From: Octopus bimaculoides
Lineage: Eukaryota
Reading direction: 5' to 3'
Assembly (NCBI RefSeq): GCF_001194135.2
Contig: NC_068981.1
Span: 26,013,457-26,077,456, forward strand
Length of the DNA stretch: 64,000 nt
Shown here: positions 39,241 to 53,040 of the stretch, piece after piece
Numbering within the stretch: position 1 is the first letter of the stretch
How the letters are laid out: every line of letters begins with the position of its first letter
Translations under genes and position numbers: made by a program
The notes under the pieces: generated by a model
What the model was told of the DNA's origin: nothing
The model's input: the letters and a program-made list of their open reading frames with translations, nothing else
Database searches by the model: none

Positions 39241-41284
39241 AATATTGAATACATACACAGACATCAACAGAAAGAATACTAGTTGAACATCCCCATCATT
39301 TACTCCTGGGATAGAAAATGAATCATTTACTCTTCGTCGGAAATACTGAAAATATAACTAAATAAACGTACATACATACATGAACGCATACAAACTGCAT
39401 ATACACGGAATACGTATAGGTGTTTTCAGGCAGACAGCGTGGCAGTCAGAGATGGATGATAAATGTTATTTTTACTAGAGTCTCGCGTGAAAGTATTTAT
39501 TTTTAATCTCGAAAATATAATTAGCTCCCAATAACTTCATTATGCTAAATGGATATCTATCATTTCCATATCAGTAGAAATATATGAAATTAGCGGAGTA
39601 ATAATGATCTCAGTATTATCTTGAAACAATATACAATAACATGATTTAAATGATTGATTTCCTCGGTAGTTTGTTGACATTATCTTTGAAGATTGTCACA
39701 TTATTATTCCTAACTATATTGCTTCCTGCACTCCAACAGCTATCAACGAAAGCAAATAAAACGGCTATCACCTCCTTACACCCACACGATTGTGCGTGTG
39801 TGTGTCTAGTGAGAGAGAGAGAGAGTGAGAGAGAAAGAGAGATTGAGAGAGAAAGAGGGAGAGAGAGTGGAGGAGGATATTGATAGCAAGATAGATACTT
39901 AGATAGATGCACAGAGAGTTATGTACGCACGCGTGTGTAAATACATGCATATGTATATCAACTCTACATCCTGTAACAATGTTAACTTTTCACATATACG
40001 TATGCCCCATTGACAGCATCGACTGAATTCACTGATATCTTGAAAGTGTTTTCTTAATTTCCTCTCTAATCCCATCTTTACTCAATTTTTCTTCAACTCT
40101 TACGTACTTTTGTCTAGAAAACCCTGTTTTGAAATAGAAATCTGTGTATATTTTGAGCTGTGCTTTCAGTAATGAGTTATTTTTATATGAATTCAGCTTA
40201 ATCATATCGTCTACGCCTCGACAGAATCTTCGCAATATTTCCGATAATAATAGTTTGACTTCTATTAACTAATAGGCATATTACTTCTATTAGCTAATGG
40301 ACGTTTTGATCTTAGCTAATAGGAATGTTGCTCTTGTGCGCAAAATTGCTCCTATTATGCTATCAATGAAAAGAATTCTGTGTGTGTGTGTGTGAGTGAG
40401 TGTGTGTGTATGAGTGAGTGTGTGTGAGTGAGTGAGTGAGTGCGCATACTGATTTTGATTAGCTAACCGGAGGAAGAATTTCCTGATTTTACTAACACAA
40501 GTAAAAATTTTAAATCTAGACTTTTCATAAAACTGACAAAATAATTCATCTTAATTTTGGAAGAATAAACTCTCGTTTATCTCACAAAATGCATCTAGAT
40601 CTGCGTCTCTTATTTCATTGGTTTCTAGTCAAGAATTATATAATATATTTTAATATTTCTGTTACGGTGCAGAAGAAGTGAAACCCCGGATTTCATTAAA
40701 GCTATTAATCTAAAGTTAATACATAATTAAACTTGATGAACAAACAGTCTCTTAAATGAGACAAACAGTTTATACAATTCGAACATAACAAAAGTGGTAA
40801 TAGACAATTTATGAATTAAAATTTGGATTGGCTAAACGGTAATAATAAGCAGCTAAAGAACACTTCTTACCTGCTTTAGTGGAATAAAACACCCGTGTAA
40901 AGTAACTGTAAAATTCTTGAAATTAAAAGGTTGTTTCCGTAACTCACCTAAACTAACTAAAGTATATATCAATGAGCACGGAGTAATTGAGTAATATCTG
41001 TGCCTAGAATGCTGAAAAAAGAAATCATCCAAAGAATCAGTCTTCGTTGAACAAAAAATTTTAACAGCAATACTTGTATTTCATAGATAGATATACGTGT
41101 CTGTGCGTCATTTATATCTATATATGCATGTGAGCACATAATTCCACATGTATAAACACATATATGTGTGTATGTGTGTGTCTATGGGTACACAAAGAGA
41201 AGTACAGAGAGATAGAAAGGAGATAAAAAAAAATCCAAGTGAAATATAAGAAAGGAAGGTATAATCAAGAAGGCGTGGTTCATC

Positions 41285-41463
41285 TCACTGCGTAGCACCT
41301 TGATAGCACCTCGGGCCAACCAGTTCCTTGTGACTGGATTTGGTAGACAGACACTGAAAGAAGGCTATCGTACACACACACACACACACACACACATATG
41401 AGAAATAATGACGAGAGACAAAGGATAGGTAACCAAAAAAGTATATTACACATATACATACAA

Positions 41464-41511
<48 letters not shown>

Positions 41512-42020
41512 GAGTGTGTGCGTGCGTGTGTCTTTGCCCCTGTGATTATTCCTACCACTGCTTGACATCTAGTGTTGGTGTGTTAACGTATCCATAACTT
41601 AGTGGTTCTTCAAAATAGACCGATACATGGCTTTAAAAAAACAACGTACTTGGGTTAATTCGTTCGACTAAAATTCCTGAAGGTGCTGCCACAGCATGGC
41701 CGCAGTCTAATGTCTACTATAGCCTAGGGCCGACCAAATCCTTGTGAGTAAATTTGGTAGACGGAACTGAAAGAAGCCCGTCGTATATATGTATATACAT
41801 ATATTTGTGTGTATATGTTTGTGTGTCTGTGTTTGTCACCCCAGCTTCGCTTGACAACTGTTGCTGGTGTGTTTATGTCCCCGTAAATTAGCGGTTCGGC
41901 CAAAGAGACCGATAGAATAAGTATTAGGCTTACAAAGAATAAGTTCTGGTGTCGATTTGCTCGACTAAAGGTGGTGCTCCAGCATGGCCGCAGTCAAATG
42001 ACTGAAACAAGTAAAAGAGT
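41285..42020 (+). mobile_element. Two consecutive family 2 SINEs (41285-41715 and 41712-42020)
   Basis: GGGCCGACCAAA..GGTAGACGGAACTGAAAGAAGCCCGTCG and CCAGCATGGCCGCAGTC occur twice. Confidence 0.85.
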
Positions 42021-42646
42021 TATAAAAATTATAATTGAATTGACTTAATTCTCTATGGAATTAGCCGTTACCCAGAGTAGCAAGAACAAAAACAGCAACA
42101 TAGCTGTTATGAAGGGAATGACATATAGTTGTCAGTATGTGAGTGTCTTAAACTGGGAAATCATTTGTTTTTAAATGTGTTGTGTGCGTGTATAAGTGCA
42201 TATCTCAATGTGTATGAGATTATCTGAGCTCCTACGGCAATGAGTAGCTGACTATGTGTACTGTACACAGGGATGTTTGTATATGTACGCATGTGTGTTT
42301 CTATACACGTGTAGGTGTATGTGCGCACGCATTGTGTATGGTGTTGTGTTTGTGTCGTGTGTATAAATAAGCTTCCCCATTGAGTATATTTCCTGTAAAC
42401 TTAATGCCATTCCCTCCTGGTTCCACAAAGTTGATGCACCTGTAACAACCAAATAGACTTATGATACACATTTGCACCTGTTCATTCATGCTTTTCATCT
42501 CCTCTCTCAGATTACTGGAATGGCCACGCCCTTTATCTTGATCTATATACATATAATACATACACTCAGCCTTACCCCAACACACACACACATACATATA
42601 TCACACACACATGCATATGATATATATATATATATATATCTATATA

Positions 42647-42831
42647 TCGAAACGCCGGTGTTAAAACGGGGGTAGCTAATGAAGGAGAATTGTTCTCTAT
42701 GTGGCTTGTGTGTTTTCTCGTCTACGTTTTGTTTGCAATGTCCTGTACCCAGATATGCACCTACACATACAGGTGGATGTCGGTATGCACATACCTGTAC
42801 GTATATATGCATATACTCATTTACTATTTGT
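42647..42831 (-). repeat. Dispersed, (TA)n-associated repeat of about 185 bp (other copies at 53999-54182 + and 35879-36052 +)
   Basis: Manual alignment to 53999-54182 shows about 7 differences in 185 bp. The 35879 copy is more diverged. Strand is given relative to the other two copies. Confidence 0.9.
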
Positions 42832-42844
42832 TTATATATATATA

Positions 42845-42880
<36 letters not shown>

Positions 42881-43689
42881 TGTGTGTGTGTGTATGTATG
42901 TGTGTGTCTGCGTGTGCGTCTGTGTGTGTTTATGTGTGTTCGTTTATGCGTAGATTTATACGTATTCTTTCATTATTACCTATTTTTACTATTTTGTTCT
43001 TCCTAGTCGCTTTATCATGCTCTTGTTTCAAACAAATTTTGTATTGACTTCTCCTCATTATACATTTACCTTATTCCTTACCTTTATATATTTACCTTCT
43101 TCCTTACCTTTATACATTTACCTTTTCCCTCAAAGAATATTCTGTACATATTCCTTTATTTTTTATTCTTGCAATTTCCTCATTGTTTCGTTCAGTTTCA
43201 TTTCTTTTCGTTTTTTTAATGCATTTTATTTCTTTCCCATTTTTCTTTTTTTTTTTATTAAATTTCGTTTCACTTTAAACCGCCCTTATCTACATTCATT
43301 ATATACTACTTTCATTATTCCTTGATTGTTTAGGTTTTTTATGTACTTTATTGCATAACTTTTCATCAATTTCAAATGTTCCATGTAAGACATTTTAACT
43401 TACAATCCATAATATATTGCAAAAGTATATTATGATATAGTAAATGTTGCGAATTACACTCTCAAGAAAAACACATTTTTCCTTTCATATTCAAACATAC
43501 ATGCATAGTTGAAATTTATAGATAAACAAAAGACGAAGACAGGCGTATGAACAATAACCAAGTATATTAGTCTGATGCTCGGGAAAATTGAAAAAAGTGT
43601 TTTACGTTTCGAGCCTACGATCTACAACAGAAACGGAATAAGAGGAAATAAAAAAAGTGTAGAGTTTAGCGGTCCAACATGGCGTATGA

Positions 43690-43717
43690 ATGCACGCACG
43701 CACACACGCACACACAC

Positions 43718-43803
<86 letters not shown>
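43690..43803. repeat. (CA)n microsatellite; other long CA/TG tracts at 20228-20280, 24358-24400 and 54558-54632
   Basis: Read directly. Confidence 0.98.
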
Positions 43804-43812
<9 letters not shown>

Positions 43813-46800
43813 ATGCATACATCTAACTTCCCAGTAGAAGATAGCAAACCGGTTTTTCAAGTGCGCTGCCATTTGCTACCTCTTCATATATGTGAAAAAA
43901 ACTGTGAAACTTAGAGTTTGTTTCTCTTTGCTGAAGTTGAATAAAATGCTGGCACTAGTTCTGAACTTGAGTTCTATGAATTATCTGTTCTAAATTGCAT
44001 TTACTGAGACAAGAAAATATAGTCAATATCATTAATATAATAACTGGGAGTCAAAATCAAGTTAACATACGTTAGGCAGCTGATAAAGGATATTTCTCAG
44101 TTGCTTTAAATTAAATCTTGTTCTGCAGTTATGTCTCTGCTTTCTATTAATGTCCAGTGGGTCGTTTTCCTGTTATCTTTTTTCTGTGCTGTCATTTAAA
44201 GGCATTCTATATAGAGTTTTTTACTTCATTTTCCAAATTGGATGGAGTTAGCTATAGAATAAGACATAATTTCATTCATTACAGACCGCATATGAATATA
44301 CTCTAGCATGGTTAAATTGTGCTGAAATAGGATCGTTTATACTTTTTTTTTTTATAGAAACAAGGAAAGGAACCGTATGGAATTTAAGCATGAATTCCAA
44401 CCATATTTTAAAAGACGTATATATATCACTACCAATGCTAGATACGAGGATTTAACTGATAGTAAAAGTAGCAAAAAGTCGACGGTGATAACGATAAGGC
44501 ATGAGTTAAAATGTATCAATCTTCTCTGTGTTGAAATTGAAAAAGTCAGAAGCAACAAAAGAAAAAAAGGAATGCATTGAAGAAGAATTTCTCTTTCTAT
44601 GGCACAATTCAAATGATGATTTACTCACAGGTTTTCCTGTATCTTTCAGGATGAATGGTAATTCCCATGTCCTTTTTAGTGCTTCGGATGATAATTAGAG
44701 GATGGATGGTATCATCGAATAGGTGTCCACAATTTGTCCCTAAAGTACCATGCATGTGTGTTTTACCACGGGCTTCCGTATAAATTACTGATCAGCAAAA
44801 GTATATGGAGGAAAGCATTTATTCAAGGTGTTGTGCTGAGGGATCAAATTTGGAACCATCTTTACCACGAAACCACACACCAATAACTTGTTAACCACGC
44901 AACCATAACTGCTTCATCTTCAAGACAAAATTCTTCACCACGAACTTCATTCAACCGTATATCTTTTCTCTCTCTGCCCTTGAAATATTGATTTCACATT
45001 TTCGCCCAAGGCCAGCATCATTTCAAGCCGACATTTAAAGGAACTTAACTAAATATTGCTAAGTATTTTTCTTTGTGCTCCTTACGATCTAAAAAATACA
45101 ACGACGTCACACAATAGCACAAAACCGAAAATATTAAGAATTGAAGCATAGTCGTTCTAAGTGACTGCATTTATTTCAGGACCCTGAGGGATGAAATGTA
45201 AAGTCAACGTAATCATGGTTTGAACTAACATTTTAATGTAACATACATAAATCTCCGTGGGTTTCCTCGATGAGTAATCAATTACTCGATCAGCAAAACA
45301 AACGTCACATTATGATAACGTGTAAATGGTCGAGTACTCCACAGACATATTTACTCTTAATGAAATCCTCTCAAAGAATCAGCGTGGCATATGTGCAATC
45401 CATTCAATTTGATGGGTTTCTGCATAATTTCCGTATGCCTAACTTCACATGCGATGCCTAAGTCAACACAAGGCTATTGACAAACGATAAAAAAAAAAAT
45501 GCTTAAAATACATTGTAGTGAGATTGATCCTCGGATGTCTCTGTTGTGCATTAAGCTTCTCAACGTTCAGCTCTATTACGTCATGAGAGTCTGTAATCAG
45601 GCATACCTAAATACGTATTATTTCGTGTCGTTCTACGCATTCTGCAATGATATAAGTTTTGCGTATTTGCCTATGACCGTGGATATGTCAGTATGTAGCA
45701 GTGTGCGCGCGCGTATGCGTATATGTATTATCTGTGTATATGTGCGCGCATGTCTCGATTTCATTGCCATTCGGCTAGATACGCGAAACTGAAACTATTA
45801 CTCAGAGATTAAGTTCACACTGTTTTCGTAAACTTCAAATATATCCAACGTAAAATCGTGCTCAGTAAGTTATTCTCATTCACGTTTTCAAAGATAAATT
45901 GCACATCCAAAATATTTTCAAATTTTATATATGGAGATCATAAATTTTCTATTTATTGTCGTGTATCATGTTATGATTCAACTAGATTATTAAAAATTGT
46001 TCTATTAACATCTTTCTTTTAAATTATATTTTCAGCAATATCACTTCTGTTAACATTGCTATATTATCAATTTGATTACTTTGTTTATGCAAGTATAGAC
46101 AGTTTGTTTTTTCACACAATTTATATTTGTTTATTTTAAAACTCTGCTATCGTTTCACCTCCATACTCTCCTACTTTTCTGCATGTTATTCCTTTAATTA
46201 AAACAAATTAGTGTGTAATGTAAATTATCTTCGTTTACAGCTCTTTTGTTTTCTTTTTCCATTTACAATGTTTTGTAATGAGGCGAAGCCACTTCATATT
46301 TCAAAGAGTTTGAGTTATTTCATATTTTTAATTCATCTTAGTTAGTCTGTTATATAATTCATTGAGATAGCAATAGATATTACTTTGCTAAATATTTACA
46401 TGTTCAAAATTCTTCAGCATATTTCTTACACTGTTGTGTCTTTCCTGCAAAATCAACCGCGTTCAAATATATCTTAACTTTGTTTGTGCAAGCGTAGGAG
46501 AACATAGAAGAAACATATGAGATATATTCTCTTACAATTCAATAATACACTGATTTCTTTTGGACTTGTTTTACAATGTTAAAGCAGTCAAGTATTTAAT
46601 TTAAACACTCAAGCAATTGCTACATCAATGCTAACAGTAACAAGGTAGGAGAAGCATGGGCAATATGATTAACTAAAATGAAAGCATTAAATACAGGCAA
46701 ATATTGATATTATAATTTCATTATGCATGAGATGACTGAATCTTTAGACTCAGAAATATGGTTTTCGGTAATTGTTCCTGTTCAGAGTTCGTATCCCACC

Positions 46801-46944
46801 GAGCTTAACTCTAGCTTTCAAGCTTAGCCGGTCGATAAAGCAAAATACTACTGCACCACTGATATGAATGTTATCCTCTCATACCTCCACTTAAAGTTAT
46901 TGTCCTTCTGTCTGAACCTATAAATATTATTTGACCCTTAAAAG

Positions 46945-47110
46945 ATGGAGAGGTGGCAGAATCGTTAGTGTAAAAAAAAATGTGTGACAATGTCTCTTTT
47001 TGCATCCCGAGTTACAGTAACGCCGAGATCGTTTTCAATTTTTATCTTTTCCTGATCGACATCAACTAACCCCTTCCTTTCGTAATTGTTCGCCTTGTGT
47101 CTAAATTGAA
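46945..47110 (+). mobile_element. Family 1 SINE, diverged
   Basis: GGTGGCAGAATCGTTAG head and a degenerate core. Confidence 0.65.
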
Positions 47111-47182
47111 AGCATCATTTAGCTCCAAGAGAGTTATGAATGCTGCAATCGGTAAGGTACAGGATTATAATGCATGTAGTAT

Positions 47183-47358
47183 TGTTGTGTCGACGCCCTC
47201 AGGCGAAGAAGTAGGATCTCCCAAGACATATAAATAGAGGTAGTCTGGCCGTGGTATGAGTGTTGAGTAGCAGTCGAGTAGCAGTTGTGTAGCAGTTGTG
47301 TAGCGGTTGAGCAGAGATCATCCGAAGGTGCTAGATAGCAGTAGCTTGAGACATAACA
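47183..47358 (+). mobile_element. Solo LTR (176 bp)
   Basis: Begins TGTTGTGTC and ends GACATAACA (8/9 terminal inverted repeat, TG...CA). A perfect 5-bp direct repeat AGTAT lies at 47178-47182 and 47359-47363. TATAAATAG at about 47229 sets the strand. Confidence 0.75.
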
Positions 47359-48253
47359 AGTATTTAGTTGCGAGTGATTATATTGTGATATCAAATCTGA
47401 AGATGCTTACTTAGAGTTTTGTCATTCGGAGACCGATGTAATGATTATTATTAGAGAAATGACACGTATTATATCAGTTATATATTTCTCCTCATGTATT
47501 TACCATTTACGAAAATGTTAAAAGTTTTTTTTGGACCAAAGAGCCTAGCAGAGCAGTGGCCGCAACCTTTTAAAGCAGTTACAGAATAATAAGATCGATG
47601 AGGTATTGAACTTTAACTTCTGTTGACTGACATTTGCTGGAAAGAGCAAAATAGTGAAGTAGCTATAATGGTGAGCTGTATTAGGAATAGATTATGGGAT
47701 TTGGGATGACAAATTGAGGTCTTGTTTAAGACAGAATGCATGTTATTTTGTGAATCGCTGTACTATCGTAGTGCATTGAAAAGTGATATGGCGAATACAT
47801 CGTCTCGGTGATCAACTAAAAGGTTCTAATATGAGAGAAAGTCAATCTTCTGAAGGGTTGTACTCAAGAATGTTTAAATCTAAGGTGCATGAACAACATT
47901 CCAATGTAGGAAACATTTCATCTTTGTATAGCTTCAACAACAATTGAAAGCTGAAATGATTTCTTATCCTGATGCATAACTAAACGTTGGGTCTTCTATC
48001 AACTTGTAATTCCCCGATTTTAATGTGATTTATGTTCTGTTACAATATTATCGGGTATGTCGCAGGAGTACCGCTAAACTGTTCCTATCTAAAGGAAACC
48101 TAATAAGATACATCAATAATAGATGTGAAGTACAAGATTTATGCCTAACTCTGCACCTGTCTATAGGAAGTATTGTTCATTATGGGGACCAATCACTGGT
48201 TAAGGAATATGTTTACTGAATACTATACAGGCCAAATAATTCATAGCAATGAT

Positions 48254-48306
<53 letters not shown>

Positions 48307-49639
48307 AATAATAGTAATAATGATAATAATAATAAAAATAATAATATCGATAATTATCGATAATTTTACTCTTTCCCTGCCAATTTCGAATCTTCGAAGC
48401 AAATACTGAAGACATAAATGTTAGAATCAGTAACGTGGAAGAGATTTATGGAAGCACACGCATACAATAATCTCCAGCATACACTCACTCATTCATAACA
48501 TACACGTCACCAATAAATAATCTATAAACCTATTCCAATGAATTATTGCTAACGCACAGTAGGTAATGGAACAAATCAACTGTTCTAAAGGGACTGCGTA
48601 CGCTTATCATTAAACTTCATAAAAATTAGTGTTAAAGTGAAAACACAAGCACGCACACGTAGAAAAAAATAAGGTAGTTATAAATGTTTCAAAAAACGTA
48701 CAAGGTGGGGATTAAAAAAATATGCATGAATATTATAGGATACATACAAGTACTTAATGACATATCTTGCCAGCCATTAAACTTTCCAAAATATTTTATG
48801 TTGTATTTGTTTTTAGTTATCCTAATGTGCTCAATTATTCTTGAACGTCTTATATTTCGAAATATTGTAGAAACTAAAAAGTTCGGTTCAGTTCTCTTTT
48901 GAAAGTATCTCCTAGGAAACGCAATCGAATCAAATACTATAAAATCAAAGTTTGTTAGTTTAAAGTATTTGATTCAACGCGAATTAACCGGCGAATGGTC
49001 GATATTATTATATGAACGTCGGATGAAAATATCAGTAATACATTACAGATCAATATCGATAATCTAACAACGAGACATCTTGAAGATGTCCTGAAAGATA
49101 ATAAAGCAGTTTTAATATTCAATTTCACACTGCTAATACTTACGCTCAATTATACGATTCCAGTGCTAAAAACAGAGACGCTCTATTTAGGCGGTTTGAA
49201 AGTTAACGTTTGATGTGTCGATCTGTCTTAATTATAATGAACGGTTATATGTCAATTGATATTATATAATTACATAAATGAGAAGTCAATGAACTGCGTT
49301 GTTGGGTTTTTTTGCTTTTTTTTTTGTTTTGTTTTGCTTTAAACGTTGATTATTTCTGATTGGTGCCTGAGACAAAGGACTGTTAGCAGCAATAAAATTC
49401 ATCGTGAAGCTTTGTACAATCAAATGTCAGGTTTAATAAGCTGTTTCACTATATTAGCTTCCATTCAGTAAGAAAAATGTACCAGAAAAATACTAATTTT
49501 TCATATAATCATAACACCATTTTGCAGACTTCAGATATAGTAATTCCAAACGAAGGCTGGCTTTTAAAAAACGGTTTTGATATTGGTAATTGAAAACAAA
49601 CAACGCCGGCTTGTCATTCAACAGCAGGATTAATTAATT

Positions 49640-49780
49640 TGAACTCCACCGAGATCGACGTTGCCTTTCATTCTTTTGGGGTCAATAAAATAAGTACCAG
49701 TTAAAAACTAGGGTCGATATAATCGACTCATCCCCTCCCGCAAAACTGCTGCCTTGTGGCAAAATTTGAAACCATTAATA
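49640..49780 (+). mobile_element. Family 1 SINE, 3' part with ATT tail
   Basis: GCCTTTCATTCTTTTGGGGTCAATAAAATAAGTACCAG..AAAATTTGAAACCATTA. Confidence 0.8.
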
Positions 49781-49812
49781 TTATGATTATGATTATTATT
49801 ATTATTATTATT

Positions 49813-50035
49813 GTTCAGTAGTTTTATTTTTATAACGTGCTTTCACTTCACTACCGAGCGCAGCTCTGTGCGCCTTGGGTATGTGCTGTGGTTTGCTGTG
49901 GTGCTCTTATGTTTACTGTATTGAAAGTGTTTTGCGTAGAATATGTGCAGTACCCAGTAGTGCAATTTTCTGTATGTTATATATATTTGTAAGTCCTGGT
50001 GTTTTTGTTATGTATTTGTCTGAATATTTTTTTTT
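49813..50035 (-). mobile_element. R4/Dong family B 3' end
   Basis: The minus strand gives KYSDKYITKTPGLTNIYNIQKIALLGTAHILRKTLSIQ* plus the 3' UTR. Flanked by (ATT)n on both sides, i.e. TAA on the element strand. Confidence 0.92.
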
Positions 50036-50036
50036 A

Positions 50037-50158
<122 letters not shown>

Positions 50159-50172
50159 CATCATTATTATTA

Positions 50173-50390
50173 CGGCGGCGAGCTGGAAGAATCGTTAGCA
50201 TGCTGGTCAAAATGTTTGGCAGCATTTCGTCAGTCTTTACGTTCTGAGTTCAAATGCCACTGAGGTCGGCTTTGTCTTTCATCCTTTCAGGATCAATAGA
50301 ATCAGTACCAGTTGAGCACCGGGGTCTATATAATCGATTTACGCTCTCGACCAAAATTGCTAATAGTGTGCCAAAATTTGAAACTATTAT
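50173..50390 (+). mobile_element. tRNA-derived SINE, family 1 (central domain resembles the Meta/MESC type; recalled, not verified)
   Basis: A box TGGAAGAATCGTTAGC and B box GAGTTCAAATGCC, a core like GGCTTTGTCTTTCATCCTTTCAGGATCAATA..AGTACC, and an ATT-rich tail. Many homologous copies in this window. Confidence 0.85.
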
Positions 50391-50489
50391 TATTACTATT
50401 ATTGTCGTTGTTGCTCCTTTGATGGTGGCGGTGAGGGTGTAGGCAATGACAGTGGTGTTTTCTGCTACTTCTGTTGTTGTTCATTAGCA

Positions 50490-50945
50490 CAGTAGCTTTA
50501 TCAGAGAATGTAACAATGTGTCAGGTGTCTTCAACTAGTGGACTAAAGTACAAATCTCTTGAACTTCGTGGTTTTCGCACATTCTTCAGATAAGCTATAT
50601 TTTGTACATGCTCTACCTTCGCATTTGCCCCTATTTCTTCACTCCTGTTTGTAACCTTCGTACTTAACTTGCCGAAGACTCCAACAACCCCTGGTATGAG
50701 ACTCACCTTCTTCAGTCATTGCAATCTTATTTTCCAATTAAAATTATCGTATTTAACCTGCTTTCCTTCTTTTCTTCATACTCTTCCATCATCCAGACAT
50801 CTAATAACTACGATTAAGCAAGTTTATTTTCTTTCACCCTTTATTCGCAATCATTTTATCCAGCTTTCGACGGTCACTTTCTTGATCACATTACATTATT
50901 ATATTTCATATTTTTAACTTCTCACCCAAAGCCTTCCCAGAATCT
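50490..50945 (-). mobile_element. Old R4/Dong endonuclease-end fragment
   Basis: The minus strand gives IQCD..RKLD.., LIPGVVGVFG and VEHVQNIAYL, matching the layout of the other R4 C-termini here. Confidence 0.6.
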
Positions 50946-51129
50946 AGGGCAAAGAAACTCATTGTACAGATTGATAGGTCCTTTAAATTAAACACCCAGG
51001 CTGCTCATTGACAAGTTACATGCTAGAAAAAAAAAAAGAAAGCAAGAAAGAAAGCAAGAAAGAAAGCAAGAAAGAAGGAAGAAATAGAAAAAGAAACAAA
51101 CAAAGAAAATAAAAGGAAACAAGAAACAG

Positions 51130-51485
51130 AATACACAGTGACAGTGCGCTCCTCAATACGTGTGATGTACCAATTAAAACAATCGTTTGCATTACTTGTC
51201 TGGATGGCAAGCAGGCATCGTTCTCAAATAATTACCAGTTCATTTTTTTAATCATTCTACGTACTCCTATAATCACAGGTAGTGCAACCCTCTTGAGATG
51301 CCACAGACTTTCGATTTCAAACAGCAAATCTGAATAATTTCTGAGGCTATCAAATTCTTTTGCCGAGATATTATCACAAAGTAAGCACATGTCAATCAAT
51401 AAACAGACTTTATTGTTTTGGTCTTTCACAACAATATCTGGAGTACTAGCTTTGATTGTCCAGTTTGTGTGTACTGGAAAGTCCT
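51130..51485 (-). mobile_element. R4/Dong endonuclease-end fragment
   Basis: The minus strand gives DFPVHTNWTIKASTPDIVVKDQNNKVCLLIDM..EIESLWHLKRVALPVIIG..QTIVLIGTSHVLRSALS. Confidence 0.85.
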
Positions 51486-51639
51486 AAAATATTGTTATAT
51501 TTTCTCCTTCAGTTACAGTCTTAGCGTGGTGTGTTTATACCGCTTCTCAGCAGTTTTGTTTCATAATGCCGACATACAAATGCATATACGCTTAACACAT
51601 ATAGGTATCTATGCACACACATACGCACACGCACACATA

Positions 51640-52304
51640 TAGTCTGACAAAAAGTATCCAGAATTTTGCCATAGTAACGAAGTTAAATCAAGCAGAGTAA
51701 AGCCGCTTGGCACAGATTGATCTTGAATTTTGCTGCGCATGTGCATAAAGATTTAATGTTCTAGCTAACATCTGCTGTTTGCAGCAGTGCTTAGAAGGAA
51801 GGTGTGTAGTGTGTGATCATCGCATTGACAATGACAGAGAAAGTTGGGCAGAAAACCTTCATCAAGTTTTGGCAAAAGCTTGACAACCCCCTCTCAGAGG
51901 TCTACGCAAAGTTTTCAACAAGTTTTCATCGTTCTCCACACAATGAAGGAGGTTTTGTGCAACTGAAACTCCAGTGTCTTTTTGGTCAGCTGAAAGCAGT
52001 TTTCGAACAAGGTTGGACGACACGCGTCTCATACACGCCTCTCCTTACACTTTCTGCAACTTGTGTAGGTCCTGGAGTAGGTATCGGCATGACAACTTTG
52101 TCTCTTATGGTCAATGCGACGATCACACGGACCACATCTTCCTTCCCAAAAATGCTGTAAACAGCGGAAGTGAGCTCGAACGTTAAAACTTAGTGTTCAT
52201 GCACAGTAGGACGGTAGATCAATCTCTGCCAAGTGGCTTTACTCTGAGTGCTTTAGCTTCGTTACTATGGCAGCGGTCCGGATACTTATTGATCAGACCT
52301 CGTA
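51640..52304. mobile_element. Non-autonomous mariner derivative made of two facing 5' ends
   Basis: The right end reads TACGAGGTCTGATCAATAAGTATCCGG on the minus strand, and a homologous arm of about 220 bp starts at 51640 on the plus strand. Plus-strand ATG 51831 gives MTEKVGQKTFIKFWQKL. The minus strand gives MRRVSSNLVRKLLSADQKDTGVSVAQNLLHCVENDENLLKT (mariner linker region). Confidence 0.8.
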
Positions 52305-52344
52305 GATATATATATATATATAATATACAAGTATACAAATGTAT

Positions 52345-53040
52345 ATCTATCTAACTATAGCTAGGAACTTCCTGTCTTTAATTAAGAAACACTTCCCCAG
52401 AGGCCACAGGTATTTCAATTTCTACAACACCAATAACGTCAAGGTGAGCTACTCCTGCTTAGACAACATTGCACCTAATATCGCACGCACGAATAGACGT
52501 AAAAATGCTCCGAACCCCAAACTGCAACTACCGAAACCCTACCACGTGCTCTCTAGAAGAATCCCGTATATCAAGGGCCATAGTATACAGAGCTACCCTT
52601 ACACCATCCGATGGTATTACTAAACTAGGCACTATACGAGTATGACAGCTAATGACTTCAGGGTAAGATAATTCCAGCATGTGCACTCGCTCAGATCCTG
52701 TGACACCGAGAACTCTACTCGTTCTCTCTGGAGACTCCGTGACCTACTAGGCGAAACACCCAGCATCAAGTAGACTATTGCTGACAGAGTGCCACCATAT
52801 ACAGGCGGCGCCCCGAACTGCCAGCTCTGTCTCTGTGAAAAACTGCATATCCTCCAGCATCCAACAGTATCCATCAACATGAAATACTATTTATCTTATT
52901 GTTGTCACCAGAGATATGCCCTTTTGGCAACTTTGAAGTCTCTGACCGCTGAGAACCCGGATATACCACTGTAAAACCAACCGCTACTCTGCACTGCCTC
53001 CAAGAAGGTCACTGTCACAAAGTAACCTCATGCGTAGGAC
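52345..53040 (+). mobile_element. Penelope-like element 3' remnant (GIY-YIG endonuclease region)
   Basis: Reads FLSLIKKHFP..H.YF..YNTNNVKVSYSCLDNI, a Cys-rich linker, IVYRATL, and PNCQLCLCEKLHIL..CCHQ, the typical C-terminal layout of Penelope ORFs. Frameshifted. Confidence 0.8.

Noticed and set aside
49010-49210. 65-codon plus frame with faint thioredoxin-like wording (NLTTRHLEDVLKDNKAVLIF)
   Set aside because: No CxxC, no start codon and no convincing donor.
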